DNA from: Desulfobaccales bacterium
GTDB lineage: Bacteria; Desulfobacterota; Desulfobaccia; Desulfobaccales; 0-14-0-80-60-11
Assembly: GCA_052147455.1 (NCBI GenBank)
Contig: JBKQKO010000098.1
Location: 42,236 to 106,235 of the forward strand
DNA length: 64,000 nucleotides
Reading direction: 5' to 3'
The translations under genes were made by a program, and so were the position numbers. The notes under the pieces are model-generated. The model was given only the letters and a program-made list of their open reading frames with translations. It was not told the DNA's origin and did not search any database. Of this stretch, positions 48,810 through 57,713 are shown piece by piece (within the stretch, counting starts at the first letter, position 1; each line of letters starts with the position of its first letter).

Positions 48810-50355
48810 TGGGTTTCCCCCGCATATCGGTGATGGGGAATCTTTTTGCCAGGTCTGACCGCAGGTACAGGGAATATCCGTCATCCTGATAGACGAGGGT
48901 CCATCCGGGTGAGTTACCGTTGCTTATCCCCACAGCGTTCTGGCCCATAACTTGATCGAGCTGGCGCCAGCGGGGGACCAAGATCGCGTCAGTCTGATAT
49001 TTAGTAAGAGTCTTCTGCCAACCCTCTTCAGCAGCGTAAAACAAGATGTTTTCCCTCACGGCTTGAACCGGATACACAACCTCAAACCTGCTATCCATGC
49101 TTACCTTGACTTCCGGATATAGTTTCCAGGAGACGTACGCCCCCGCATCAAAAGGAACCATGAGGTTCCCGGAAAACTGGTGGTCTTTGAGATAGCTAAC
49201 GGCTCCGGCGGGATAAACAGGCACCCCTTCCTTGCTGTCCTCTGCCGTGGTAGGGATACGGAGCTGCCAGAATTGGTGCCGCACCGCATAGACGGTTCCC
49301 GCTAGCCCAATAATAACAAAAATAGCCGTCAACAACCTGGCGTTTTGCTTGCAAACCTTATTTATTAAGTTGCCAAAAGAAGTGTTCTCTACATAAGCTG
49401 GAGTGTAGCATATCCAGACGACAGCATATATCGATAAATGCCGATAATGCCATAAGGAAACCCAGGCGGTTGCCGCGACTATGAAGAGCCCCGGCATTTG
49501 TCTCAGGCTTTTTTGAGTCGTGCAATAGAGGACCACGCCGACTGAAAAAATCCACGCCAACAGGTCACCCAGGTTTATTTCCCACAGGGGGCGCCATTCT
49601 ACAATATAGGGCGTGCGGTCCAAGGTGACGGCGTTCCAGATGTAAGGAAGATAAGCAGTTCCATAGGGAGTGACCAGGGTTAATAAACACGTGGCCACCC
49701 AGAACAATATCGGGCGTTTCACCATCTGCAGCGATTTTAGAAAGTTTTTTCCAGCAAAGAAGTTCATGAAAAAGCGTTCGCTGATATAAACAGCCAACAA
49801 TACAACGCCCACCAGGAAGCCGCCGTGCAGGTTGAGCCAGATCAGATATACTGGCAGCCACGCCCATAGGGCCCAGCCCTTGCCTTTCCGGTCTTCTTCC
49901 ACCAGGAAAAGTAAAATAATGGTAAAACAGAGGGTAAAGAGTTGCGCCCTGATGGTTGAGAACCCAGCCAGCCCCATCATGATCCCTAACAACCCTAAAA
50001 AGGAAAAAACCGGATAACTTGCACCCTGGCGAGTTGCGAAAAAATAGCACCCGAGGGCAATGAAAGCCGTCAGTAAATATTTAAGAACCATTAATCCAGC
50101 GGCGCCGAGACCAAGTTGAACCGTGACGAGATATAAAATCAGGCCCGTGCCCCATTCGTGGTGGACGACAGGGCTGATGGTCGGAACATATGAAAAAGTA
50201 TCGGTACGCGGTAAAAAGCCTAGCCTGAAAGCTTCCCGGATAAGAGCCATTTCATGAAATAAATCCAGATCTAACACGTTAAGTCTGCTTATGGCCGCGA
50301 GAAAACCACCGCCTAAACCGAATAACATAGCTCTGCGCAAAGACTTTTCAGACAC
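48790..50355 (-). CDS. Polytopic membrane protein with a periplasmic C-terminal domain (possible fourth GT-C-like enzyme)
   Basis: 521 aa, about 12 TM. N-terminal loop LDLDLFHEMALIREAF and a soluble C-terminus of about 150 aa. It converges on, and overlaps by 20 nt, the preceding plus-strand gene. Confidence 0.45.
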   Translation of the reverse strand: MSEKSLRRAMLFGLGGGFLAAISRLNVLDLDLFHEMALIREAFRLGFLPRTDTFSYVPTISPVVHHEWGTGLILYLVTVQLGLGAAGLMVLKYLLTAFIALGCYFFATRQGASYPVFSFLGLLGIMMGLAGFSTIRAQLFTLCFTIILLFLVEEDRKGKGWALWAWLPVYLIWLNLHGGFLVGVVLLAVYISERFFMNFFAGKNFLKSLQMVKRPILFWVATCLLTLVTPYGTAYLPYIWNAVTLDRTPYIVEWRPLWEINLGDLLAWIFSVGVVLYCTTQKSLRQMPGLFIVAATAWVSLWHYRHLSIYAVVWICYTPAYVENTSFGNLINKVCKQNARLLTAIFVIIGLAGTVYAVRHQFWQLRIPTTAEDSKEGVPVYPAGAVSYLKDHQFSGNLMVPFDAGAYVSWKLYPEVKVSMDSRFEVVYPVQAVRENILFYAAEEGWQKTLTKYQTDAILVPRWRQLDQVMGQNAVGISNGNSPGWTLVYQDDGYSLYLRSDLAKRFPITDMRGKPITAHFP

Positions 50356-50533
50356 AGAATGCCCTCATCTATTTAGCAAGATCATACGGCGGCGGTAACG
50401 GCCTTCCTGCAAAAATATCTTGACAGGGGCGACAATTATCCCCCAGCCAGAAAAATTGCGGATATCCCCCGCTGGTCGCATCTGGGGGTCGTTAATAGTT
50501 AAATCTTGCGAAAGCTTCCCATCTCATCTCGCT

Positions 50534-50563
50534 CAAAGAAAAAGGGACCGCTCAGGTCCCTTT
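50534..50563 (-). terminator. Intrinsic terminator
   Basis: On the minus strand: AAAGGGACC-TGAGC-GGTCCCTTT followed by TTCTTTG. It lies downstream of the repeat-protein gene. Confidence 0.6.
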
Positions 50564-50628
50564 AAAAAGGCAATTATCTAGTTGGCAAACACACCCTGAT
50601 GGTTCCCGTTGAGGCGGCCAGCCGTTTT

Positions 50629-51252
50629 TCAGGGGCGACTGCCGCTGTCTTTATTACGATCCTGGCCTCTCCCGAAGCCGCCGATGCCAAAGCCGAAAGC
50701 GGGAAGGCGGGAGCCCGTGTCAGGCTGCGGCTGAGCTGTGGGACCTGGCTGCGCCGACGCTGATGCACCGGCTGGCGGCGGACAGGGGACGCGGACGAAA
50801 GTGTGACCACCATGCACAACATGATTAACATCGGGGTTTTCGCCCGGTATGCCGCCATAACCGGTGGGACTCCAGCCAGGAGGCCCGGTCGCGACCGGCT
50901 TTCCAGTTGCCGCGTCGATCCAGGTGCCATCCGGTTGTTTGACGAAGGTGTGACCACCACGCACAACATGATTAGCATCGGGGTTTTCGCCCGGTATGCC
51001 GCCGTAACCGGTGGGACTCCAGCCAGGAGGCCCGGTCGCGACCGGATTTCCAGTCGCCGCGTCGATCCAACATAAGTTGGTCGAAGCCGCGGCTGTTTGG
51101 GCGTGGGCGTTGGACGATTGGCTGAGATAAGCCGCGGCGACGAGCAAGCAGGCAGAAACACCTGCGAGAATGACCCGATGCAACCTGGCAGCCCCGTTAT
51201 TAGCCGCTCGATCGCCCACTTCCCTTACCGTAGTAGTAAGTTCGCGCCGCAT
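50629..51252 (-). CDS. Secreted protein with two tandem 49-aa repeats
   Basis: Signal peptide (ILAGVSACLLVAAAYLSQSSNAHA/Q). Two copies of WIDAATG.PVATGPPGWSPTGYGGIPGENPD.NHVV.GGHTFV, encoded by a 147-bp tandem duplication (50801 and 50948). No family recognised. Confidence 0.6.
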   Translation of the reverse strand: MRRELTTTVREVGDRAANNGAARLHRVILAGVSACLLVAAAYLSQSSNAHAQTAAASTNLCWIDAATGNPVATGPPGWSPTGYGGIPGENPDANHVVRGGHTFVKQPDGTWIDAATGKPVATGPPGWSPTGYGGIPGENPDVNHVVHGGHTFVRVPCPPPAGASASAQPGPTAQPQPDTGSRLPAFGFGIGGFGRGQDRNKDSGSRP

Positions 51253-51368
51253 CGTCCTTCTCCCCTAAATATGGAAAAGGCCACCTGGATTGGCTTACTG
51301 TGGGGCGAATTGGCTAAAACCCAAGCTGCCTTAACCAATTAACTATTTAAATTTGATAGATAATCAAA

Positions 51369-51455
51369 TGGTGCCGAAGGCGGGATTTGAACCCGCACGG
51401 GTATTCCCCACCACCCCCTCAAGATGGCGTGTCTACCAGGTTCCACCACTTCGGC
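51369..51455 (-). tRNA. tRNA-Leu (anticodon GAG), long variable arm, CCA encoded
   Basis: Hand-folded. Acceptor GCCGAAG/CTTCGGC, anticodon stem CCATC/GGTGG with loop TTGAGGG, T-arm GCGGGTTCAAATCCCGC. 87 nt. Confidence 0.9.
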
Positions 51456-51471
51456 ACAAAAATAAGACGGC

Positions 51472-51810
51472 TCATTTGACCGGCGGCCTCGAAGCGGGCG
51501 GGGTAGCGGGAGCAGGCGGCGCAGAGGGGTGGACCGGAGCCGCGGGTGCCGTCTGGCCGGCCCCGCGCATCACCGAAGCCTCCTTCTGGCGCCCCATGAA
51601 GGTGAGTCCCAAAGAGGTCACCATGAACAGAATGGCCGCCACCGCGGTCATTTTGGCCAGAAAGGGAGCCGCGCCGGTGGAGCCGAAGACCGTCTGGCTG
51701 GAGCCGCCGAAGGCCGCCCCGATCCCGGCGCCCTTGCCGTGCTGTAACAGGACGATGATGATCAAGGCCAGGCAGACGATGATATGGACGCTGATGATGA
51801 GGGTAATCAT
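51472..51810 (-). CDS. secG: Preprotein translocase subunit SecG
   Basis: VLLQHGKGAGIGAAFGGSSQTVFGS.G signature with two TM segments. Confidence 0.9.
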   Translation of the reverse strand: MITLIISVHIIVCLALIIIVLLQHGKGAGIGAAFGGSSQTVFGSTGAAPFLAKMTAVAAILFMVTSLGLTFMGRQKEASVMRGAGQTAPAAPVHPSAPPAPATPPASRPPVK

Positions 51811-51933
51811 AACTTTTTTAATATAAACGACTTATCGGAGGGATGCAAGCCCGAAGCACAGCCTGCTGCCGTCAGCCTTAAGACTTATCTATAAAGGGAA
51901 ATCCTCCGCATGATCATAGAGGCTATTGCAAAA

Positions 51934-52056
51934 CACCGGTCTGCCCAAAATGTCATTCTGGGCGCCGCGAAGAATTTCGTATTTTTAGTGACTTGAATTC
52001 CTTCACTTGGTTCAGGATGACAGTGAAATCAGGTTTGGCAATAGCTGATAGTGTCG
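51934..52056. repeat. Dispersed repeat family B, second copy
   Basis: Collinear with 28953-29076. Confidence 0.7.
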
Positions 52057-52081
52057 TGTAGTGTCGTGTTTCAGAAATATC

Positions 52082-52228
52082 TTAAAAATATTTACCTGTC
52101 CTCATAGCCGCAGGCTTTAGCCTGCGCTCATTTTATTAAGAATTTTCGCAAGCTAAAGCTTGCGGCTACATTTTAACTACTTAAAGATAATGACATTTTT
52201 AAATATTAAGGAAAATCTGCCACAGGAC
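52082..52228. repeat. Dispersed ~150-bp repeat family C with nested palindromes (TAGCCGCAGGCTTTAGCCTGCG ... CGCAAGCTAAAGCTTGCGGCTA)
   Basis: Collinear with 57565-57712. It lies immediately 3' of tpiA on the minus strand. Confidence 0.7.
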
Positions 52229-52229
52229 A

Positions 52230-52985
52230 CTAACCGGCCGCGGCCATGATGCCCAGGAACGAATCGGCCTGAAGCGACGCCCCGCCCACCAGGGCCCCGT
52301 CGATATCCACCTCGGCCAGCAGGGTGGCGGCGTTGTCCGGGGTGACGCTGCCGCCATAGAGCACCCGGATCTCCGCGGCCGCGGCCCCCAGGGACTCCCG
52401 CAACAGGCCGCGGATAAAGGCGTGCACCTCCTGGGCTTGCTGCGGGGTGGCGGTGAGACCGGTGCCGATGGCCCAGATCGGCTCATAGGCCAGGACCAAC
52501 TGCTCGCCGCTGAGCCTGAGGCCGCCCAAACCTCTGGACAGTTGGCCCCGCACCACCTCGAGGGTCCGGCCCGCCTGGCGATCTTCGATTTTCTCGCCGA
52601 TGCACATGATGGGGATAAGCCCCGCAGCCGTAACCGCCAAGAGTTTCTTATTGACCGTCTCATCGGTCTCGCCGAAATACTGGCGGCGCTCGGAATGCCC
52701 CACGATGACATAGCGGCAGCCCACGTCCCGGAGCATCAGCGGGGAGACCGCCCCGGTAAAGGCCCCTTGCCGCTCCCAGAAGGTATCTTGCCCGGCCAGG
52801 CCGATGGCGGAGCCGGCCAACTCGGAGGCCACCGCGGCCAGGGCGGTGAAGGGCGGGGCCAGGGCCACCTCCGCCCGCGCCCCCGAAGGCAGTCCCAGGC
52901 GAACTTGCCTGGCCAGGGTCCTGGCCTCCTCCAGGGTCTTGTGCATCTTCCAGTTGGCCGCGATCAAGCGCCGGCGCTCAGACAT
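52230..52985 (-). CDS. tpiA: Triosephosphate isomerase
   Basis: [33 protein letters not shown]. Confidence 0.95.
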   Translation of the reverse strand: MSERRRLIAANWKMHKTLEEARTLARQVRLGLPSGARAEVALAPPFTALAAVASELAGSAIGLAGQDTFWERQGAFTGAVSPLMLRDVGCRYVIVGHSERRQYFGETDETVNKKLLAVTAAGLIPIMCIGEKIEDRQAGRTLEVVRGQLSRGLGGLRLSGEQLVLAYEPIWAIGTGLTATPQQAQEVHAFIRGLLRESLGAAAAEIRVLYGGSVTPDNAATLLAEVDIDGALVGGASLQADSFLGIMAAAG

Positions 52986-54180
52986 CGGGGTGCCTCTTGG
53001 CCCACTCTTCCAGGGCCTGAATCCCCGGCAGCTTCTTGCCTTCCAGCAGCTCGATGAAGGCGCCGCCGCCGGTGGAGACGTACGAGAACTTCTGGTACTC
53101 CCCTGCCTTGTGCAGGGCCACGTCGGTGTCGCCGCCGCCCACGATGGTTAAGGCATAGGAATCCGCCACCTTTTGCACCATGGCCATGGTGCCGCGGCTG
53201 AAGGCGTCGTATTCGAAGGCCCCCATAGGTCCGTTCCAGATGATGGTCTTGGCGTTTTGCAGGGCCTCCCCGAAGAGGGTCACCGTGGCCGGGCCGATGT
53301 CCACGATGAGCCAATCCGGGGGGACCTCCTGCACCGGGATGATCTTGGTTTCCGCGGACTTGGCCAATTTGTCGGCGACGACGCAATCCACCGGCAGATA
53401 GAATCTCACCTTCTTTTTCAAGGCCGCGGCCATGATTTCGCCGGCGGACTCGAGGAGGGAATCTTCCACCAGGGATTGACCCACCTCATAACCCTTGGCC
53501 TTGAGGAAGGTGTTGGCCATGGCCCCGCCGATGATGACTTTGTCCACGTTTCCCAGCATATTTTTCAGGGCCGCCAGTTTGCTGGAGATCTTGGCGCCGC
53601 CGATGAGGGCCGCCAGGGGGCGGGCCGGATCCTCCATGGCCTTGTGAAAATAGTGGACCTCATCCCGCATCAGAAAGCCGGCCACGCAGATGGGGGCATA
53701 CCTGGTCACCGCTTCCACCGAGGCATGGGCCCGGTGCGCCACGGCAAAGGCGTCGTCCACGTAGATATCCACCCCTTGCATCAATTCCCGGGCGAAACCG
53801 GGGTCGTTCTTTTCCTCTTCCTCATGAAACCGCAGGTTTTCCAGGAGGATCACATCTCCGGGCTGCATCGCCGCCTTCTGCCGGTCCACCTCCGGCCCTA
53901 CGCAATCCGGGGACAGGACCACCTGTTTATGCAGCCGGTAGGCCAGGCGCCGGGCCACCGGCGCCAGGGACAATTCTTCCTTCCTGCTTCCTTTGGGGCG
54001 CCCCATATGGGAGGCCAGGATCACCTTGGCGTCGCCTTCCAGGCAATAATGGATGGTGGGCAGCACCGCCCGGATACGGGTGTCGTCGGTGATGTTGAGG
54101 TTCTGGTCCAGGGGCACGTTGAAATCTACCCGGATGAAGACGGCCTTTTCCTTGATCTCCACTTCATCGATGTATTTCAC
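52978..54180 (-). CDS. pgk: Phosphoglycerate kinase
   Basis: [40 protein letters not shown]. Confidence 0.95.
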   Translation of the reverse strand: MKYIDEVEIKEKAVFIRVDFNVPLDQNLNITDDTRIRAVLPTIHYCLEGDAKVILASHMGRPKGSRKEELSLAPVARRLAYRLHKQVVLSPDCVGPEVDRQKAAMQPGDVILLENLRFHEEEEKNDPGFARELMQGVDIYVDDAFAVAHRAHASVEAVTRYAPICVAGFLMRDEVHYFHKAMEDPARPLAALIGGAKISSKLAALKNMLGNVDKVIIGGAMANTFLKAKGYEVGQSLVEDSLLESAGEIMAAALKKKVRFYLPVDCVVADKLAKSAETKIIPVQEVPPDWLIVDIGPATVTLFGEALQNAKTIIWNGPMGAFEYDAFSRGTMAMVQKVADSYALTIVGGGDTDVALHKAGEYQKFSYVSTGGGAFIELLEGKKLPGIQALEEWAKRHPDV

Positions 54181-54460
54181 CAGTAACTCCTGTGAGCGGC
54201 GCTTGGCAAAGGGTGGCGTTCACCACCGCGGCTTGGAGGCCGCCATTGACCCTGGCCCGGCCGCCCCGTGGATCGCGGCACTAACCGGCTTCCACCCTCC
54301 TGCCGCAGACCGCCGCGGCCAAGCCTGGGCGGCCCTGGTTGCCGCTTTAATGTTAATCAGAGTCGCTTTGGCCGTCAATACATTTGTCCCGCAGAGGGGA
54401 ATTTTATCCGAAAGGGCTTGAGTTTTCCTGAAACCCTGATAACCTTTTCCAGATTGCCTT

Positions 54461-54466
54461 TATAAT
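54461..54466 (+). promoter_or_regulatory. Candidate -10 element (TATAAT) for the mla operon
   Basis: Perfect TATAAT 30 nt upstream of the mlaE ATG. No convincing -35 element. Confidence 0.25.
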
Positions 54467-54495
54467 ACGTCCATTTAAAAAATTAACGGTACCCC

Positions 54496-55266
54496 ATGGT
54501 CCAATTCATTCGGTATTTAGGCTATCGGACCTTGGAGCTGGTGCGCGCTGCCGGAGCCATGCAGCTCTTTCTCCTGGAGGCCCTGGCCCTGGCCTTCGTC
54601 CCGCCCTTCCGGCCCCGCCGCCTCTTGCAGGAAATTCAGTCCATCGGAGTCAAATCGACCCCGATCATCCTGCTCACCGCCGCCTTCACCGGCATGGTGC
54701 TGGCGCTGCAAGGCTACTATACCTTGAAGAGATACGGCTCGGAAGGGGCCCTGGGGTCGGCGGTGGCCCTGAGCCTCATCCGGGAGATGGGTCCGGTGCT
54801 CACCGGGATCATGGTCTCCGCCCGGGCCGGCTCGGCGGTCACCGCGGAAATCGGCATCATGCGCATCACCGAGCAGTTGGACGCCCTGGATACCATGGCC
54901 GTTAACCCGATGCAATACGTGGTGATGCCCAAGCTCCTGGCCGGTCTGATCGCCGTGCCCCTGCTCACTGCCATCTTCGACGTCACCGGCATCGGGGGGG
55001 GCTATCTGGTGGGCGTGGTCCTGCTGGGGGTGAGCTCCGGCTCCTATTTCTCCAGCATGGTCCAGAGCGTGGTGCCCCTGGACATCAATGGCGGCGTCGT
55101 CAAGTCCCTGGTCTTCGGCCTCACCATCATCCTGGTGGCTTGCTACAACGGATACAACACCAAACACGGGGCCGAGGGCGTCAGCCGGGCCACCAACCAG
55201 ACCGTGGTCCTGTCCGCGGTCCTGGTCCTGGCCTGGGACTATATCCTCACCTCTTTCTTTATGTAA
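54496..55266 (+). CDS. mlaE: Phospholipid ABC transporter permease MlaE
   Basis: 256 aa. MlaE family pattern (G..S.PI..LTA.FTGMV.ALQ, REMGPVLT..M.S.R.GSA..AE.G.M...EQ.DA). Confidence 0.9.
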   Translation: MVQFIRYLGYRTLELVRAAGAMQLFLLEALALAFVPPFRPRRLLQEIQSIGVKSTPIILLTAAFTGMVLALQGYYTLKRYGSEGALGSAVALSLIREMGPVLTGIMVSARAGSAVTAEIGIMRITEQLDALDTMAVNPMQYVVMPKLLAGLIAVPLLTAIFDVTGIGGGYLVGVVLLGVSSGSYFSSMVQSVVPLDINGGVVKSLVFGLTIILVACYNGYNTKHGAEGVSRATNQTVVLSAVLVLAWDYILTSFFM

Positions 55267-55342
55267 ACCGGAGGTTGGAGTTTCGAGTTTTTAAGTTTCG
55301 ACCAAGACTTGTTAAAAGCTGCTGGCTGACTGCTAAGGACTT

Positions 55343-56086
55343 ATGATCCAAATCATCGACCTGTACAAATCCTTCAACGGCCAAGTGGTGCTGGATGGCA
55401 TCAACCTCACCATGCCCCCCGGCCGGATCACCGTGGTCATCGGCAAGAGCGGGGTGGGCAAGAGCGTGCTGTTGAAACACCTCATCGGCTTGCTGAAACC
55501 CGACCGGGGCCGTATTCTAGTGGACGAAGTGGACATCGCCACCTTGCGGGGCCGCGACCTGCGGGATTTCAAGGAGCACTTTGCGGTGCTCTTCCAGGGG
55601 GGCGCCTTGTTCGACTCCCTCAGCGTCTTTGAGAACATCGCCTTTCCCCTGCGGGAGAAGACCCGCCTGCCGGAGGCCGAGATCGCCCGGCGGGTGCGGC
55701 TGCGGTTGGAGCAGATGCACCTGAGCTCCGAGGTGGAAACCAAACTCCCCGATGAGTTGAGCGGCGGCATGAAGAAACGGGTGGCCCTGGCCCGGGCCAT
55801 GATCCAGGAACCGGAGATCATCCTCTTCGATGAGCCGGTTACCGGGTTGGACCCCCCGATGACCAATACGGTCTTTCACCTGATCGAAAAAACCCACCGG
55901 GAGAGCGGCTACACTGCCCTGGTGGTTTCCCATGACATCCCGGAGGTCTTCACCATTGCCGACCAGGTGGCCATGCTGCATCGAGGCCGCATTGTGGCCT
56001 GCGGCACTCCGGAGGAGATCCGGACCAACCCGGACCCGGTGGTGCAGAGTTTCATCAAGGGTGAAGTCGATTTCCTGGAAGAATAG
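55343..56086 (+). CDS. mlaF: Phospholipid ABC transporter ATP-binding protein MlaF
   Basis: Walker A GKSGVGKS, ABC signature LSGGMKKRV, Walker B ILFDEP. Confidence 0.9.
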   Translation: MIQIIDLYKSFNGQVVLDGINLTMPPGRITVVIGKSGVGKSVLLKHLIGLLKPDRGRILVDEVDIATLRGRDLRDFKEHFAVLFQGGALFDSLSVFENIAFPLREKTRLPEAEIARRVRLRLEQMHLSSEVETKLPDELSGGMKKRVALARAMIQEPEIILFDEPVTGLDPPMTNTVFHLIEKTHRESGYTALVVSHDIPEVFTIADQVAMLHRGRIVACGTPEEIRTNPDPVVQSFIKGEVDFLEE

Positions 56087-56095
56087 GGTGAGGTT

Positions 56096-56536
56096 ATGAG
56101 AAGGGGCAATCTGGAATTGGCGGTGGGCGGCTTTGTCCTGTTGGGTCTGGTATGCCTGGCATACCTGGCTATCCACCTGGGCAAGATGGAGGTCTGGGGA
56201 GGCGGCTATCGGGTCGTCGCCAATTTCGACAACGTCTCAGGGCTCGGACTAGGGGCCGCGGTGGAAGTGGCCGGGGTGCAGGTGGGCCGGGTGGAAGCCA
56301 TTCGACTCACGCCGGGAGACCGGGCCGTGGTGACCCTGAGGTTGGAGCCGGGTCTTCAGCTGCACGACGATGCCATTGCTTCCGTCCGCACCAAAGGCAT
56401 CATCGGCGACAAGTTCATCCAACTCTCTCCAGGCAATTCGGAAAAACTCATTTCTGCGGGGGGCACTATCCACGACACCGAGAGCAACATCGACCTGGAA
56501 CAATTGATCAGCAGCTTCATCCACGGCAAGGTCTGA
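56096..56536 (+). CDS. mlaD: MCE-domain protein MlaD
   Basis: N-terminal TM and MCE domain (F.NVSGL..GA.V.VAGV.VG.V..I.L). Confidence 0.85.
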   Translation: MRRGNLELAVGGFVLLGLVCLAYLAIHLGKMEVWGGGYRVVANFDNVSGLGLGAAVEVAGVQVGRVEAIRLTPGDRAVVTLRLEPGLQLHDDAIASVRTKGIIGDKFIQLSPGNSEKLISAGGTIHDTESNIDLEQLISSFIHGKV

Positions 56537-56764
56537 GTCCGGCCAAGACCTTTTTCTGCGGTGGCCCAGATGTTGCATCGGTGCAGGGAGAGCGGCCGCA
56601 TCCCCGGCAAGGTCTGGAGTCCCCCGCGGCCACTTGAATTTTGTCCGCCAATGATTAAATTAATCAATTACGCGGTCGTCGCGCCGGGAGAGGCGACCCG
56701 CCGACATGCGGCGCGGTTTCCCCCGGATATCCATGGCGCCGACCGTTTTAGAAAGGAGTGGCTT

Positions 56765-57382
56765 GTGCGCAGATTGCTGAACCAGACCCTTGCCCTGCTC
56801 GCCCTCATCAGCCTCCTAACCCTGGCCGCCCCGGCGGCGGCGGCTGAACCCCAGCAGGCGGTGAAGCAGGTCATTGACCAGGTGCTGGATATTCTGAATA
56901 ATCCGGCCTACGCCGGCCCGGCCCAAGAGCAGCGGCGGCACCGGTTGACGAAAGAGCTCGTGGACCGGCACTTCGACTACCGGGAGATGTCCAAAAGGAG
57001 TTTGGGGGCCGCCTGGAATAATCTCAGCAATGCCCAGCGGGATGAATTTGTCAGCCTCTTTGCTGAACTTTTGGAGTATTCTTACGCCGGCAAGATCGAG
57101 CGGTACGTCCAGCACCTGCGGATCGATTACACCGGCCAGAGTCTGGAAGATGGCTACGCCGAGGTGCGCACCGTGGTGGTGCAACCCAATGACAGGTTCC
57201 CCATCACTTACCGCCTGGAAAACGCCTCCGGCGACTGGATGGTTTACGACGTGGTCATCGACGGCGTCGGCATGGTGAGCAACTACCGCTTCCAGTTCGC
57301 CCAGGTGATTAACCAGTCCTCTTACAATGCGCTGGTGAACCGCCTGCGCACCCGGGTAAACGAGTTGCATGCCGGGGGGTAA
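56765..57382 (+). CDS. mlaC: MlaC/Ttg2D-family periplasmic lipid-binding protein
   Basis: Signal peptide LLALISLLTLAAPAAAA. Ttg2D pattern (FDY.EMSKRSLG..W..LS..QR.EF...F..LL...Y). GTG at 56765 preceded by AGGAG. Confidence 0.8.
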   Translation: MRRLLNQTLALLALISLLTLAAPAAAAEPQQAVKQVIDQVLDILNNPAYAGPAQEQRRHRLTKELVDRHFDYREMSKRSLGAAWNNLSNAQRDEFVSLFAELLEYSYAGKIERYVQHLRIDYTGQSLEDGYAEVRTVVVQPNDRFPITYRLENASGDWMVYDVVIDGVGMVSNYRFQFAQVINQSSYNALVNRLRTRVNELHAGG

Positions 57383-57564
57383 AAGGCGATTTGCGGCAGT
57401 AGTGGCCGGCAGAGATTTGGCGTAAGCGGCGGCAGTTTGCCAATGGGAATGCAGCCCCTTCCTTAACCTTCCTTCCCGATTGATTCCCCTGAAAAGATGC
57501 CCGGCGGCAGGGGCCGCCGGCCCCGGAAAAGATGCGGTTTCCTGGTGTCCTGTTTCAGCAATAC

Positions 57565-57712
57565 CCTTAAAAGTACCTGCACGTTCTGGTAGCCGCAGGC
57601 TTTAGTCTGCGCTCATTTTATTAAGGTGGAACGCAGGCTCAAGCCTGCGGCTACCAGTTAACGGCCTAAAGATGAAGGACATTTTTTAATAAAGAAAAAT
57701 CTGAGACCTGAC
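57565..57712. repeat. Dispersed repeat family C, second copy
   Basis: Collinear with 52082-52228. It lies immediately 3' of the thioesterase gene on the minus strand. Confidence 0.7.
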
Positions 57713-57713
57713 C

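Noticed and set aside
50574-51161. 195-aa alternative frame overlapping the tandem-repeat protein gene
   Set aside because: It has no signal peptide or sensible composition. The 50629-51252 frame gives a clean signal peptide and coherent repeats.
29300-51369. Search for a direct repeat of the tRNA-Leu 3' end (an att site) and for an integrase, to define a classical integrative island
   Set aside because: Neither could be found by eye, so the island is reported as compositionally and structurally anomalous, not as a demonstrated integrative element.
53173-54186. 337-aa plus-strand ORF antisense to pgk (and similar ORFs at 52422-53151 antisense to tpiA and pgk)
   Set aside because: Shadow ORFs opposite highly conserved glycolytic genes.
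56561-56764. N-terminal 68-codon extension of the mlaC ORF
   Set aside because: The extension precedes the signal peptide and overlaps the end of mlaD. A GTG with an AGGAG RBS at 56765 gives a canonical secreted MlaC.
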